Shown here: piece by piece, positions 1 to 10,200 of the stretch
Position numbering within the stretch: position 1 is the stretch's first letter
How the letters are laid out: the number at the start of each line of letters is the position of its first letter
Made by a program: the position numbers and the translations under genes
The notes under the pieces: model-generated
What the model was told of the DNA's origin: nothing
Seen by the model: the letters and a program-made list of their open reading frames with translations, nothing else
The model's database searches: none
Source of the DNA: a virus
Virus record (IMG/VR): IMGVR_UViG_3300005676_000020
Coordinates: 1 to 64,000 of that record
Reading direction: 5' to 3' (one strand)
Length of the DNA stretch: 64,000 bases

Positions 1-1
1 T

Positions 2-139
2 ACTATTGATTCTGCACATATATTTACATTAACTAATGGTTTACAGGAGTTTGCTGATGATGCAGCAGCCGCCGTTGGTGGTATTCCTGTAAATGGTTTA
101 TATCGTACAGCTTCGGCAGTTAAAATAAGAGTAGCTTAA
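2..139 (+). CDS. 3' end of a tail fibre/structural protein (partial, runs off the window)
   Basis: Open frame from nt 2 reading ...FADDAAAAVGGIPVNGLYRTASAVKIRVA*, a C-terminal motif common in phage fibre proteins. Stop overlaps the next ATG (TAATG). Confidence 0.6.
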   Translation, partial: TIDSAHIFTLTNGLQEFADDAAAAVGGIPVNGLYRTASAVKIRVA

Positions 140-1602
140 TGATACCTGAACAAATAGAAAAAAAACTAAGAGATTTACAACGTATGATATGTTGTAATCG
201 ACCAGATGTTCGTTATAATGAAGATACTGGGAACATAGAGTATTGGGACGGTAGTACGTGGACACCGTATGTCTCTAGTTGGTTACTGACAGGTAATTCT
301 GGTACAACACCTTCTACTAATTTCTTAGGCACTACTGATAATAATGGTATTGCTTTTAAGGTGAACAATCAACATGCCGGTTTTATAAACAGTAGGACAG
401 ATGGTATTGTAACACAAGGGGGATTTGCCTCGTTTGGTCAATATGCTGGTAATAATATGATACCAATGATTAATGCTGGCACAAGACCTGATGGTAGACT
501 TAACACACTTATTGGTCACGCTGCTGGATATAACATTGGTTCAACACATGATGGTGTTGGAACACCTTCTGGAGAAAACGTATTTGTTGGAAACTGGGCT
601 GGTTATTTTGTTCAAAATGTTGGTAGAAACGGTTTTGGTCGTAATGTATTTATAGGACAATCTGCTGGCTTTAGAGGTGTAGGTAGTGGAGAAAATACTG
701 GTGTAGGGTGCTTTGCATTAGAGGTTGTAAATAAAGGTGTTGTGAACGTAGGTCTTGGTAGAGATGCTTTAAGGTCTACTATTGACGGTGACGAAAATGT
801 AGGTCTCGGTGGACTTTCATTAGTGTATTCTTCTACAGGTGTAAGAAGTGTAACTATTACAAATGGTGGTTCAGGCTATACAACCGCAACTGTCACATTT
901 AGTGCACCTTATGCAGGGGGTCCAGGTTTATGTAACGCAACGGCTACAGGAACTGCTGTTATATCTGGCGGGGCTATTATCGGTGTAGATATTACAAATC
1001 CGGGATGTGGATACTCTCAGTATGGCGGTACATTATATCCTGGATTCTCACACCCTGCAGTAACTGTGACCATAACCGGTGATGGCGCCGGAGCAACAGC
1101 TACAGCTAATCTTCAAAGTGCTTCCTATAACACCTCTGCGGGTGGTTCAGCAGGTTTAGGAAACAGGGTTGGTAGATATAATTCTTATTTTGGCTATCAT
1201 AGTGGCACTGGACAAACAAGATATTGGGATTTATATAATACTCTTATAGGAGCTTACACAGATATAGATTCCTCAGTAACTGCAACTACAGCTATTGAAA
1301 AATCTACAGCTATAGGATATGGAGCTAAAGTAGCTAAATCTAATGCAATAGTATTAGGCGCTACAGGTGCTGATCAACCTAATGTAGGAGTAGGAACTAT
1401 ATCTCCAGACGATTCTGCTATAGTTGATCTAACGTCTACAACAAGAGGTTTCTTACCTCCAAGAATGACCGGAGTACAAGCCGAAGCCATAGTATCTCCT
1501 ACAGAAGGATTGTTAGTATATTCTACCGATGGTAGTGGTGTTACAATCACTTCAAAGGGCTGGTGGGGATATGAAGGAGCGACATGGGTTAAACTAAATT
1601 AA
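139..1602 (+). CDS. tail fibre / receptor-binding protein
   Basis: 487 aa, Gly/Asn/Thr-rich, with NxxxGxxAG beta-roll repeats, an N-terminal WLLTGNSGT..FLGTTDN motif and a C-terminal VGIGT.SP..SA..DL.STTRGFLPPRMT motif typical of Bacteroidota adhesins and phage fibres. Confidence 0.75.
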   Translation: MIPEQIEKKLRDLQRMICCNRPDVRYNEDTGNIEYWDGSTWTPYVSSWLLTGNSGTTPSTNFLGTTDNNGIAFKVNNQHAGFINSRTDGIVTQGGFASFGQYAGNNMIPMINAGTRPDGRLNTLIGHAAGYNIGSTHDGVGTPSGENVFVGNWAGYFVQNVGRNGFGRNVFIGQSAGFRGVGSGENTGVGCFALEVVNKGVVNVGLGRDALRSTIDGDENVGLGGLSLVYSSTGVRSVTITNGGSGYTTATVTFSAPYAGGPGLCNATATGTAVISGGAIIGVDITNPGCGYSQYGGTLYPGFSHPAVTVTITGDGAGATATANLQSASYNTSAGGSAGLGNRVGRYNSYFGYHSGTGQTRYWDLYNTLIGAYTDIDSSVTATTAIEKSTAIGYGAKVAKSNAIVLGATGADQPNVGVGTISPDDSAIVDLTSTTRGFLPPRMTGVQAEAIVSPTEGLLVYSTDGSGVTITSKGWWGYEGATWVKLN

Positions 1603-1620
1603 CAATAAAACCAAACAATT

Positions 1621-1803
1621 ATGCAAATCAATGCAGAAGAATTAAAAAAGAAATCAGTAGTAGAACTTAAAGCGATGTTATATGATGTCAATGTCGAAAT
1701 CCAGGTTCTAAATACTATTGCAATGGTAGTAGGATCAGCGCTTGATGAAAAACTAAAAGAGGAGCAAAACAATATAAGGACCGGAGAGATTACAGAATCT
1801 TGA
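1621..1803 (+). CDS. small helical protein, possible fibre chaperone
   Basis: 60-aa ORF with an A-rich leader, directly after the fibre gene. Confidence 0.5.
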   Translation: MQINAEELKKKSVVELKAMLYDVNVEIQVLNTIAMVVGSALDEKLKEEQNNIRTGEITES

Positions 1804-1819
1804 TGATGATCTGAATAAT

Positions 1820-2230
1820 ATGGGAATAATCATAGCTATTATATGGTTTGTTGTGGTTATGTACCTGGATGTACAGTCTGACTACAAGAGAATACAAACA
1901 AACTCAGTAGTTCATAGCCGGGGCCTGTTGATAAGAGCAGCGGCTCTCATACCATCTTTCTTATGCTTTTTACTTCCTGTAAGTAATCCTCACATTACTT
2001 ACATAGTTATAAAAGCGGTTGTCGTAGCCGGTATGATGGCCTCCTGGTGGTGGGAGTTCTTCGATGGTTGGCTCAACACGAAAAGAGGCTATAGTTGGAG
2101 GTTTAACGGAAGTGAAGACTCGGATGATGCGGTCGCCGACAACTTTTTACAGAACTTTTCTCCAGCTGAACAGCTATGGCTTAAATGGACGCTCATTGTA
2201 ATCTTTACCTTAACATATTTATTCCTATGA
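1820..2230 (+). CDS. membrane protein, 4 predicted TM segments
   Basis: Four hydrophobic stretches. Stop overlaps the next start (ATGA). Confidence 0.6.
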   Translation: MGIIIAIIWFVVVMYLDVQSDYKRIQTNSVVHSRGLLIRAAALIPSFLCFLLPVSNPHITYIVIKAVVVAGMMASWWWEFFDGWLNTKRGYSWRFNGSEDSDDAVADNFLQNFSPAEQLWLKWTLIVIFTLTYLFL

Positions 2231-2478
2231 AAAAGAGATTTGGAAACATACTAAAGGGTTGGATCACCTCCATTATAGGTGTTATACTGTTGATTGTCAG
2301 CGTAGTGCTGATAGTTGATGGTAGATTGCCGGTAGTGTGGGAAGGTATTGGCCTTATCTGTATGGCTGTCATATTACTGTATGCTCCACAGACTATAGAG
2401 AAGTTTATCATGCATTGGGTTAAGGGTGGAAATGCTAATGTTACACCGCGGACTCCCGACAACGATGGTGTCGGTTAA
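2227..2478 (+). CDS. putative holin (2 TM)
   Basis: Start reassigned to ATG 2227 (MKKRFG...). Basic N-terminus, W.TSIIG motif, two TM helices and a hydrophilic tail. Confidence 0.5.
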   Translation: MKKRFGNILKGWITSIIGVILLIVSVVLIVDGRLPVVWEGIGLICMAVILLYAPQTIEKFIMHWVKGGNANVTPRTPDNDGVG

Positions 2479-2538
2479 CTCTTTGGTTTGGTTTTATAGA
2501 CGGACTGTGTCTACAGTCTGTAACATTCTCTGTACGTC

Positions 2539-2568
2539 GCCCTGGGATGTCTATCCCGGGGCTTTTTT
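2539..2568 (+). terminator. intrinsic terminator
   Basis: GCCCTGGGAT-GTCT-ATCCCGGGGC 10-bp stem followed by T6. Confidence 0.85.
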
Positions 2569-2958
2569 GTCTGCTGCTTCTTTCGAATTCTGTGTAGCCT
2601 GTCCCCAGTTCCTACAGTTAACCAAACCCTCCTTTAAGCCTTATCACAGATAACCAGACATAAATTCCCCTCCGTATTCCAAAGCCCTAAAAAATCTCTT
2701 GTCAGGAGACTCAAAACACTTGCCCATCTGTCCGGTTGACAGTCACAAAGATTTTGATTGGATATATTACTATAACCCACACCCTCTATGGCGAGGGGTT
2801 TCGACATACAAGTCATGGAGCTACTAGACCTGCTTCATATCATTGCTTTTCATGACAGGTTGTGCCACATTGCTGTGGTTCATAAGAAGCCCCCGGGGTA
2901 GAAACCCCAGGGGGGAAATGTAGTGAAGATAGTGCAACTAAAATGTTGCGTGACATGT

Positions 2959-2990
2959 CAAAGATACAAACGAATTTTGTATTTCCAAAA
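2959..2990 (-). promoter_or_regulatory. Bacteroidota-type sigmaA promoter firing leftwards
   Basis: The minus strand reads TTTTGGAAATAC...TATCTTTG. The TAnnTTTG -7 box is at 2959-2966. Confidence 0.55.
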
Positions 2991-3038
2991 AAAAGTCTAA
3001 TTTTATACTGTCAATTTATCAATAATTAAAAAGACAGC

Positions 3039-4565
3039 ATGTCAAACAAAAAAATCAAGAGGCTTTTCTTCGACATAGAAACGTCTCCAAATGTAGGACT
3101 TTTTTGGTCAGCCGGTATAAAGCAGACCATAGACTATGATAACATTCTTGAGGAGAGAGCTATCATCTGTATTTGTTTCAAGTGGGAGGGTAAAGGAGTT
3201 CAGTATCTTACTTGGGATAAACATCATAATGATAAGTCGATGCTAGAGAAGTTTATCAAGATTGCCAACACGGCCGATGAGCTTGTTGGACACAACTGTG
3301 TTGAGATAAACACCCCTGTTTTAACTCAGGATTTGAAATGGGTGAAGGCGGGAGATTTGGTTGTGGGGCAGAAACTCGCAGGGTTTGAGGAAGGTAATAG
3401 ACCCGGATTTCCTGTAAGAGATAGAGATAGTAGATGGAATAGTGGATATAAAAGGAAGTTAATAGGTTGTGAGGTAACAAATTTTACTATAGAGGAAGCC
3501 GATTGTTTGCGGGTAACTTTTGATAATGGTGATTCAATAATCACTACAAGGAATCATTACTGGTTATCTATGGGTATAAAAGATAATTATCAAAAATGGA
3601 GAATGTCCTCAGACCTTAAACCAGGTCATAGAATCATTAAGTATTTTTCCCCTTGGGAGAAAGAAGATTCTTATGAAGGTGGTTGGTTATCAGGTTTTAT
3701 ATCGGGAGAGGGTACATTAAAGGCAGGAGGAGATTCTGGACTCTCGATAGATTTTTGCCAGAGACCTGGAGTTACCTGGAGCAAGGCATTAGAAACATGT
3801 AGGGAGCTTGGTATCAATGTTTCTAAAAAGAGAGCCCCTAAAACGGGAGGTCTTGGAAAACAGGATACTTTGTATACGGGGATTACTGGTGGTAAGTTTA
3901 AAACTTTAGAATATATTGGACGATTAGAGATTGATAGATTTTTACAAAAAATTAATTGGAACAAACTCGGGTATCTTAAAGGAAAAGGTCTGGAAGTTGC
4001 AAAAGTTGTAAAAGTTGAAGAGGTTGGGGTTAGGAAAGTAGCTGTATTTTCTACTAGTTCCAAGACATTTTTTGGAGCTGGATATCCAATGCATAATTGT
4101 GACAAGTACGATTTGGCCTGGATAAGAACCCGGTGCCTGTTTCACCGAATACCTATGTTCCCTTCGTATACGACAGTGGACACACTGAAAGTCTCCAGAA
4201 GTAAATTTAGGTTTAACTCCAACCGCCTGGACTATATCTCAAAGTACCTTGGAATAGGTAAGAAGATAAAGACCGGCGGTTTTGACTTATGGAAAAAGGT
4301 TATGCTTAACGATGCTGCAGCTCTCAAGAAAATGGTCAACTACTGTAAAGGTGACGTAAGGCTTCTTGAGGATGTTTACTCAGAGATGAGAAATCACATA
4401 CCGCCAAAGACCAGTGTGACCCAGGAACGTCGTAGCTGCCCTGAGTGTGGTTCCAATCACTCCATTATCCATAAGAGAAGGATTTCGGGCGCCGGCTTGG
4501 TCAAAATACAGATGCAATGCCAGGACTGCGGAAAGTTCAATACGATACCGGGAACTAAGAAATAA
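3039..4565 (+). CDS. DnaQ/RNase H-like 3'-5' exonuclease with C-terminal Zn ribbon, intein-containing
   Basis: ExoI FFDIETSP, ExoII VGHN|CDKYD (split by the intein), ExoIII YCKGDV, and CPEC...CQDC. The spliced product would be 241 aa. Confidence 0.85.
   Translation: MSNKKIKRLFFDIETSPNVGLFWSAGIKQTIDYDNILEERAIICICFKWEGKGVQYLTWDKHHNDKSMLEKFIKIANTADELVGHNCVEINTPVLTQDLKWVKAGDLVVGQKLAGFEEGNRPGFPVRDRDSRWNSGYKRKLIGCEVTNFTIEEADCLRVTFDNGDSIITTRNHYWLSMGIKDNYQKWRMSSDLKPGHRIIKYFSPWEKEDSYEGGWLSGFISGEGTLKAGGDSGLSIDFCQRPGVTWSKALETCRELGINVSKKRAPKTGGLGKQDTLYTGITGGKFKTLEYIGRLEIDRFLQKINWNKLGYLKGKGLEVAKVVKVEEVGVRKVAVFSTSSKTFFGAGYPMHNCDKYDLAWIRTRCLFHRIPMFPSYTTVDTLKVSRSKFRFNSNRLDYISKYLGIGKKIKTGGFDLWKKVMLNDAAALKKMVNYCKGDVRLLEDVYSEMRNHIPPKTSVTQERRSCPECGSNHSIIHKRRISGAGLVKIQMQCQDCGKFNTIPGTKK
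3297..4097 (+). mobile_element. intein (267 aa) with LAGLIDADG-type endonuclease region
   Basis: Begins CVEINTPVLT, block B TTRNHYW, LAGLIDADG-like WLSGFISGEG, ends PMHN followed by Cys+1. Confidence 0.9.
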
Positions 4566-4605
4566 ACATTTTTAATTTGTCTAATTTTCAATAAATTATA
4601 TAGAG

Positions 4606-5211
4606 GTGTGTGGATTTTTTGCTAAACGACCGGGGTATAAAAAACCTGACTTAAATGCTCCTCGCTTCAAGCGGGAGCGTGAGAATCCTCTATCCCAGGA
4701 TCTTTTTAAGGCTTTCAAGAAAAAGAATCCTACGTTAGATATTGATTTTCAGACATTTAAGAAGGTTATTCATACATTTAACCGTAAGTTTCGCGAGAAG
4801 GTTATTGAACACCGTGAAGGGGTTGAGTTCCCAGAAAGCCTTGGATACCTTTTTATAGGTACCTGTCCAAAGGCTTCAGGGATAACTGATCCTATCACCT
4901 CAGCTGAATATGACCGGAAATTAGATTTTAAAAACTGGCAGAGTAACCAATATGTTTGCAAGATATTCTACAGCAACTTCGGCACAAAATATCGTTTTTC
5001 CAATAGTGGACTATGGTATTTTGTGCCTTGTCGCAAGTTTAAAAGGTCAGTCTCCGCAGCTTTTCGAAAGAACTGGAACCGGTACATTAAAGTTTCTCCT
5101 ATCTCCAAAGTGTCTAACTTCTTCAAAGACAAGACAATAAAAGCTATTAAAGTAAAACGAAATGAATATTCTAATAGGAGAGTTGATTTCACAGATACGC
5201 AACCTTTTTAA
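4606..5211 (+). CDS. crAss-like IHF/HU-related protein
   Basis: Very basic. The G.EFP..LGYL.I and W.FVPCRKFKR patterns and the position just before the tail ring genes match crAss-like synteny. Confidence 0.6.
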   Translation: MCGFFAKRPGYKKPDLNAPRFKRERENPLSQDLFKAFKKKNPTLDIDFQTFKKVIHTFNRKFREKVIEHREGVEFPESLGYLFIGTCPKASGITDPITSAEYDRKLDFKNWQSNQYVCKIFYSNFGTKYRFSNSGLWYFVPCRKFKRSVSAAFRKNWNRYIKVSPISKVSNFFKDKTIKAIKVKRNEYSNRRVDFTDTQPF

Positions 5212-5830
5212 GACTGTCCACCAGGACAACTTATACGTTAGCGATCGGCTGATATACTCCCTCATTAAAAAACATCTGGCTCTCTTCCTTTACCGGGAAG
5301 ATTCCAAGATGAAGATATCCCAGATACGGGCCATCTTTACAGTCCTCCCATGTGTAGAACTGATAGATGTAGACCTTGTCGAGGCTAATTGTCTTGGCCT
5401 GAAGTCAGATTGTACGATAAAAAGAACCAAGAAGAAGTTGCCGCCGTTAATCCAGGGTTTTAACATGCCTATTATAGGCTCTGTAAGCTCTATAGACGGC
5501 CGTATTTTTTTGACGGCTACAACCCCAGCACAGTATGTAAAGAAGGCTAATGCGTCTGATTTTAAGTATAATAAGACTTTATACTTCTGGTACCTCAACG
5601 GATACCTATATTTTCCTAATTTGACATGGGATGCGGTTCGCGTAGAGGTGGTTCTTGATGGCGTGGCTTTGGATAAAGATGGTCAGGTAGATGAATGTGC
5701 CCAGGCCCAGGATGTCGAGTTTGGCATACCTGAATATCTCATGTCCACGGTTCAGGCAGAAGTCATTAAAGACTTATCGCTAATGTTCCAGATACCAAAG
5801 GATCCGGTAATAGATAAACAAACAACATAA
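5162..5830 (+). CDS. tail ring / tubular protein
   Basis: SDRLIY, PCVELI, RTKKKLP and YFWYLNGYLY patterns, plus crAss-like tail gene synteny. Confidence 0.6.
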   Translation: MNILIGELISQIRNLFKTVHQDNLYVSDRLIYSLIKKHLALFLYREDSKMKISQIRAIFTVLPCVELIDVDLVEANCLGLKSDCTIKRTKKKLPPLIQGFNMPIIGSVSSIDGRIFLTATTPAQYVKKANASDFKYNKTLYFWYLNGYLYFPNLTWDAVRVEVVLDGVALDKDGQVDECAQAQDVEFGIPEYLMSTVQAEVIKDLSLMFQIPKDPVIDKQTT

Positions 5831-5831
5831 G

Positions 5832-6647
5832 ATGGGAAAAGGTTACTCACATAAACTGAAATACAGAACCCTCAGTCAGCTGATTGACGCGGTAAGCGAC
5901 GATTTGCCGGTGCTGGACGACAACAATATGATTGACCCCTCCAATCTGATAAAGGTGGTTACCTGGGCAAATAAAATGCTTGGTTTCAGGATAACCTCTA
6001 CAAAGGAGGCGCTCCTGGACTTCAATAACTATATTGTCAACCTGCCGGATGACCTTGATAATCTGAACTTTGCCCTCATCTGCACCTTTTACAAGAACAC
6101 GGTGCCGGCTATACAAGGTGACATAACCGAACATGAGGACGTAGACTGCAGCAACGGCTGCACTGATGTCTGGATAACTGAATGTGGAGATACCTTCCAG
6201 ATAACTCAGCGGATATACCCTGCCATAGAAAATACTTTTAACATTCAGAAAAGGGTCAAGATAGTAGACAGTCAGAGAAAGATGCAAAATGACGACGTCT
6301 ACGGTGTCATAATGAACGCTAACTTTTTAAAGTTGAACGTCTGCGATGGAAAAATTTATTTGAACTACGAAGGTATCATGGAAAACGCTGACGGTGAACT
6401 ACTTGTGTTGGACCACCCGCTTGTAAATGACTTCTATGAGTACGCTGTAAAGGAGCGAATCCTGGAAAATTTGTATCTTCGTGGTGAGGATGTAGAGCGT
6501 AAGCTAGCCTTGATCGTGCAACGCCGTAGTACCGCTCAAAAGCAAGCGGCTTCAGCGGCAACTCTCCAAGAATTTACTGAATTACAGGAAGTTAGTGAAC
6601 TGAATAGGCAAGCTATGTTCAAAAAATACTTCTCTATTTTCATATGA
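5832..6647 (+). CDS. tail ring / tubular protein
   Basis: 271 aa with LPDD and G.IYLNY...D.ELL..DHP motifs. Lies between the ring and muzzle genes. Confidence 0.55.
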   Translation: MGKGYSHKLKYRTLSQLIDAVSDDLPVLDDNNMIDPSNLIKVVTWANKMLGFRITSTKEALLDFNNYIVNLPDDLDNLNFALICTFYKNTVPAIQGDITEHEDVDCSNGCTDVWITECGDTFQITQRIYPAIENTFNIQKRVKIVDSQRKMQNDDVYGVIMNANFLKLNVCDGKIYLNYEGIMENADGELLVLDHPLVNDFYEYAVKERILENLYLRGEDVERKLALIVQRRSTAQKQAASAATLQEFTELQEVSELNRQAMFKKYFSIFI

Positions 6648-7255
6648 AACAGTTAATAGCAGACGTTGAAAAAAGGGCTATTAGATATGGTGTAAAAATA
6701 AAGCTGGAAAAAGCTGACCTTGTCTATGCGCCGGGTGAAGATTATGGATGTGCTGGTTACTTTGACTCTGAACGTAAGGTTTTGGCCGTTGCCACAAAAG
6801 GTAAAATACTTGACTGGCTTGCGGTATTTATCCACGAGAGCTGTCACATGGACCAGTGGATAGAAAATAAGTTTATGTGGGAGAAACTTACCCACGGCTA
6901 CACTATCTTTTTCGAGTGGCTTTACGAGAAGAAGATTGTTAAAAGGGAGATATTGGAAGAGGCCGTATCTGATATCATCCGACTGGAAAAGGACTGTGAA
7001 GAGCGGACTGTAAAGAAGATACAGAAATACGGCATTGAAATCAATATAGACGATTATAAAAGGAAAGCAAACTCATATCTGTTTGCTTATCTGTACTTTC
7101 TGGAGAAGAAGAAGTGGATTCCGAAGATCTATGCTAATGAAGAGGTTTGGAGAAAGGCGCCGATGAGGTTCAAGAAAGAGTATAAGAAAATACCTCAGCG
7201 CCTTTATAACGCTTTTAAAAACTCAGAAAGACTTGGAACAGAATCAAAAGGTTGA
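6644..7255 (+). CDS. zincin-like Zn-dependent metallopeptidase
   Basis: HESCH (HExxH) with a downstream LEKDCE glutamate ligand. Confidence 0.7.
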   Translation: MKQLIADVEKRAIRYGVKIKLEKADLVYAPGEDYGCAGYFDSERKVLAVATKGKILDWLAVFIHESCHMDQWIENKFMWEKLTHGYTIFFEWLYEKKIVKREILEEAVSDIIRLEKDCEERTVKKIQKYGIEINIDDYKRKANSYLFAYLYFLEKKKWIPKIYANEEVWRKAPMRFKKEYKKIPQRLYNAFKNSERLGTESKG

Positions 7256-10200
7256 CGCGAAGTTTTTTGCTAAAGGGATGCAGTCAGATCTTGACCCTAG
7301 GTTTATAGAACAGGGTCAATATCTGCGTGCAATAAATGCTGTGATGAATAGCCATGAGGGAGACCTGATGAAGATAGGTAACGAGCCTTCTAACATTCGG
7401 TGCAGTAAGATACCTTATACGCTAATCGGCGCTATCTCATTGAAAAATAGCCGGTACGCTGTCTTCTCTACCAACAATACTGATTCTGAGATAGGTATCT
7501 TCGACTCAAGAGATTGTAGCTACACCAAACTCATCAATGACCCTTGTCTTCGGTTCAGTGAGACAGCCCTCATACGAGGAGTGTCTAAGGAGAACTATGA
7601 CTGTACCGAGTCTATCTACTGGAATGACGGTATAAACCCGGCAAGACACCTTAACATAGAGAACCCTCCCTATAAGAAAAGATATCGTCGCGACCCTGAA
7701 GGGGGTTGTGACATAGCTGAAAATACTTCAGAACTGGATTGTGAAGCTTTGCGTCTTACTCCTTTGATGACCGTTCCTGATGCAACCCTGGAGCTTGCGG
7801 AAGGTGGTGGCCTCCCTAACGGCGCCTACAGGGTTACTATAGCCTATGCTACAAAAAATATTCGTATCTCAGACTATCTGATGGTATCTAATCCTCAGTT
7901 TATCTACAACATTACCGGCACCGGTGGTGGACTTGAGGTCACTTTTACTAACCTTGACCCTGACTTCGAACAGTATGAACTGGTGTTGATAGCTACTGTA
8001 AACCAGCAAACTACCGCCAGGCGCATAGGTTTCTTTAATACCTCTCAGGAGAGTGTTTATATAGATAACCTAAAGCAGGATGACATAAGGACAGATTTGA
8101 CCACTATACCTCTGCAGTCTGTATACTACGAGGGCGGTGAGGGGATGTTTCGTGTGAACAAATACCTTGTCCAGACAGCTGTCAGAACAAGGAAGGAGTT
8201 CAACTATCAACCTCAGGCAAATCGTATACGTGCTAAATGGGTTGCATACGCGGTCCCGGAGAACTACTATCGTCGCGGTGGTAATAAGATAGGTTATACA
8301 AAAGGTGAGAATCTTGCCCCCTATATCCGATTTGTATACAACACCGGTCATCGGACAGCTGCTTTTCCGCTGGTTGGTAGAGAGGCTACTGTAAAGGACA
8401 GGACTAAGGTAAACAATATAGATGCTATATCCTACGGTGAAGGAGAGGATGTTCAGTTCTGGCAGATATATGATACTACGACAATAACTAGGATATATCC
8501 TACATCTACTGCCCCGGAATACCCAGTGATGGAAGGAGAGTTTGGCTTTGTGGAAAGTGATGTAGAGTACCCAGATAACCGCGAGGTTTGGGGTTCAACG
8601 TCTTGTAACAAAAGGAGATTGTTCAGATTTCCTGATAACTGCGTTGTTCCAAACTACGACCCTTCTACTAAAAAGATACTTATTCTCGGCTTCAAGTTAG
8701 AGAATATAGAGTACCCTCTGGATGAGAATGGCGACCCGGTTGAAGGGATTGTTGGCTACGAGGTATTACGGGCAGATAAAGAAGGCAACAAAGAAATTAT
8801 CGCAAAAGGTGTTATCTATAACGCCGGCGAATATGAGAGTACTACTGCATTCAACGAAGAAAGGAAAACCCTCTATCCAAACTACCCATTAAATGACCTT
8901 AGGAAAGATCCCTTCTTGTCATTGAAACAAGTTAAGGGTGGATGTGAAGGCAAAGACTTTAGGCCAATGGGCACCTTTCGTCGTGACATATTTACCTTTC
9001 ACTCACCCGAAACGAGCTTTGCCAGACCTGTACTCGGTTCAGTCCTCAAGATAGAAGCGGAGTACTATGGTAAAGTTAGAGGAGCATTCGAGCCTGTATA
9101 CCAGCATCCAAAGAATAAGCTGATAAGAGACTTTGCCTTCTTTGCCTCGGCGGTAATAGGTATAGGTGAAGGTATTCTGGCAATAACCGGAAAGAGGACA
9201 TATACTACTGACCCGACGATTGTCGAAGGTAGTGCGACGGTTCTTGGAGTAGGTGTTAAAGCCTATAGGCCGTTACCATTAGCCAGTACTCTGTTTTCTA
9301 ACACGGCCGTTGGTAATCTTATATCTTCTGTACTTAAAGGTGCAGGTTCTACATCTAAACAGTCTGAAGAAACGGCTGTAGATAAGATACCTGCGGCTTT
9401 GAAGATAGCTAATGCTGCAGTTTTGTTCAGCTTCTACTTTGCCCAGGGCACGGAGAAAACGCTTGAGATAATCAAAAGGCTTGTTCCTTACCAGCAATAT
9501 GCTTATCAATACAATGCCGAAGCTCTTTACACAAATCAAACGTGTACTTCAGAATCTAACAAGATTAGAAGGATAGATAATTATTCTTATCTATTTCCTG
9601 GTTTCCAGGAGTTTGAAGGGTTTCGTATTAATAACAATATGAGGGAGTCTTCAGTTCTATTGAAACTAAACTCTGCTATATCTGATCCTAAGGTTAAAGA
9701 TAACTCCCGTCAGACCATCGGTGACCAGAGACTATGGGAGAACCCTACTAAACCCTTTGAAACAACTACTTCAGCTTATTATGTATCTGTTAAAAGAAAG
9801 TTGAGGTCTCAATATGGACAAGTTGACAGTGGTCGAATATTGCCAACTGGCTCAGTAGTCTTCCCTATAGAAGCTGGTACCAAGGTACAGAGTGATGTTA
9901 TCTTTGGTGGAGATACGGTCATTGACGAATTTACTCTTAAAAGGAAGATGTCTTTCTTTAAACTGGACGCTGTCAAGAATCCGGACGGTTACGAGTTTGA
10001 CTATCGTCTTTACCCAAATATAGATTTGCCAAGATACTGGATGGACTCTCACGAGTATGATATATCCCAGTTCTTCAGATTATCTAACATACAGTTACCT
10101 AATGACCAGCACTATCTGGACCGTCGCAAGACTGACTGTAAGAGCAAAGCATCGTTCATAGTAAAGAACGGTTATTTCTATTTGTATAACTCGGCCGTGG

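Noticed and set aside
139-1602. Diversity-generating retroelement target in the tail fibre
   Set aside because: No reverse transcriptase or template/variable repeat pair was seen in the window.
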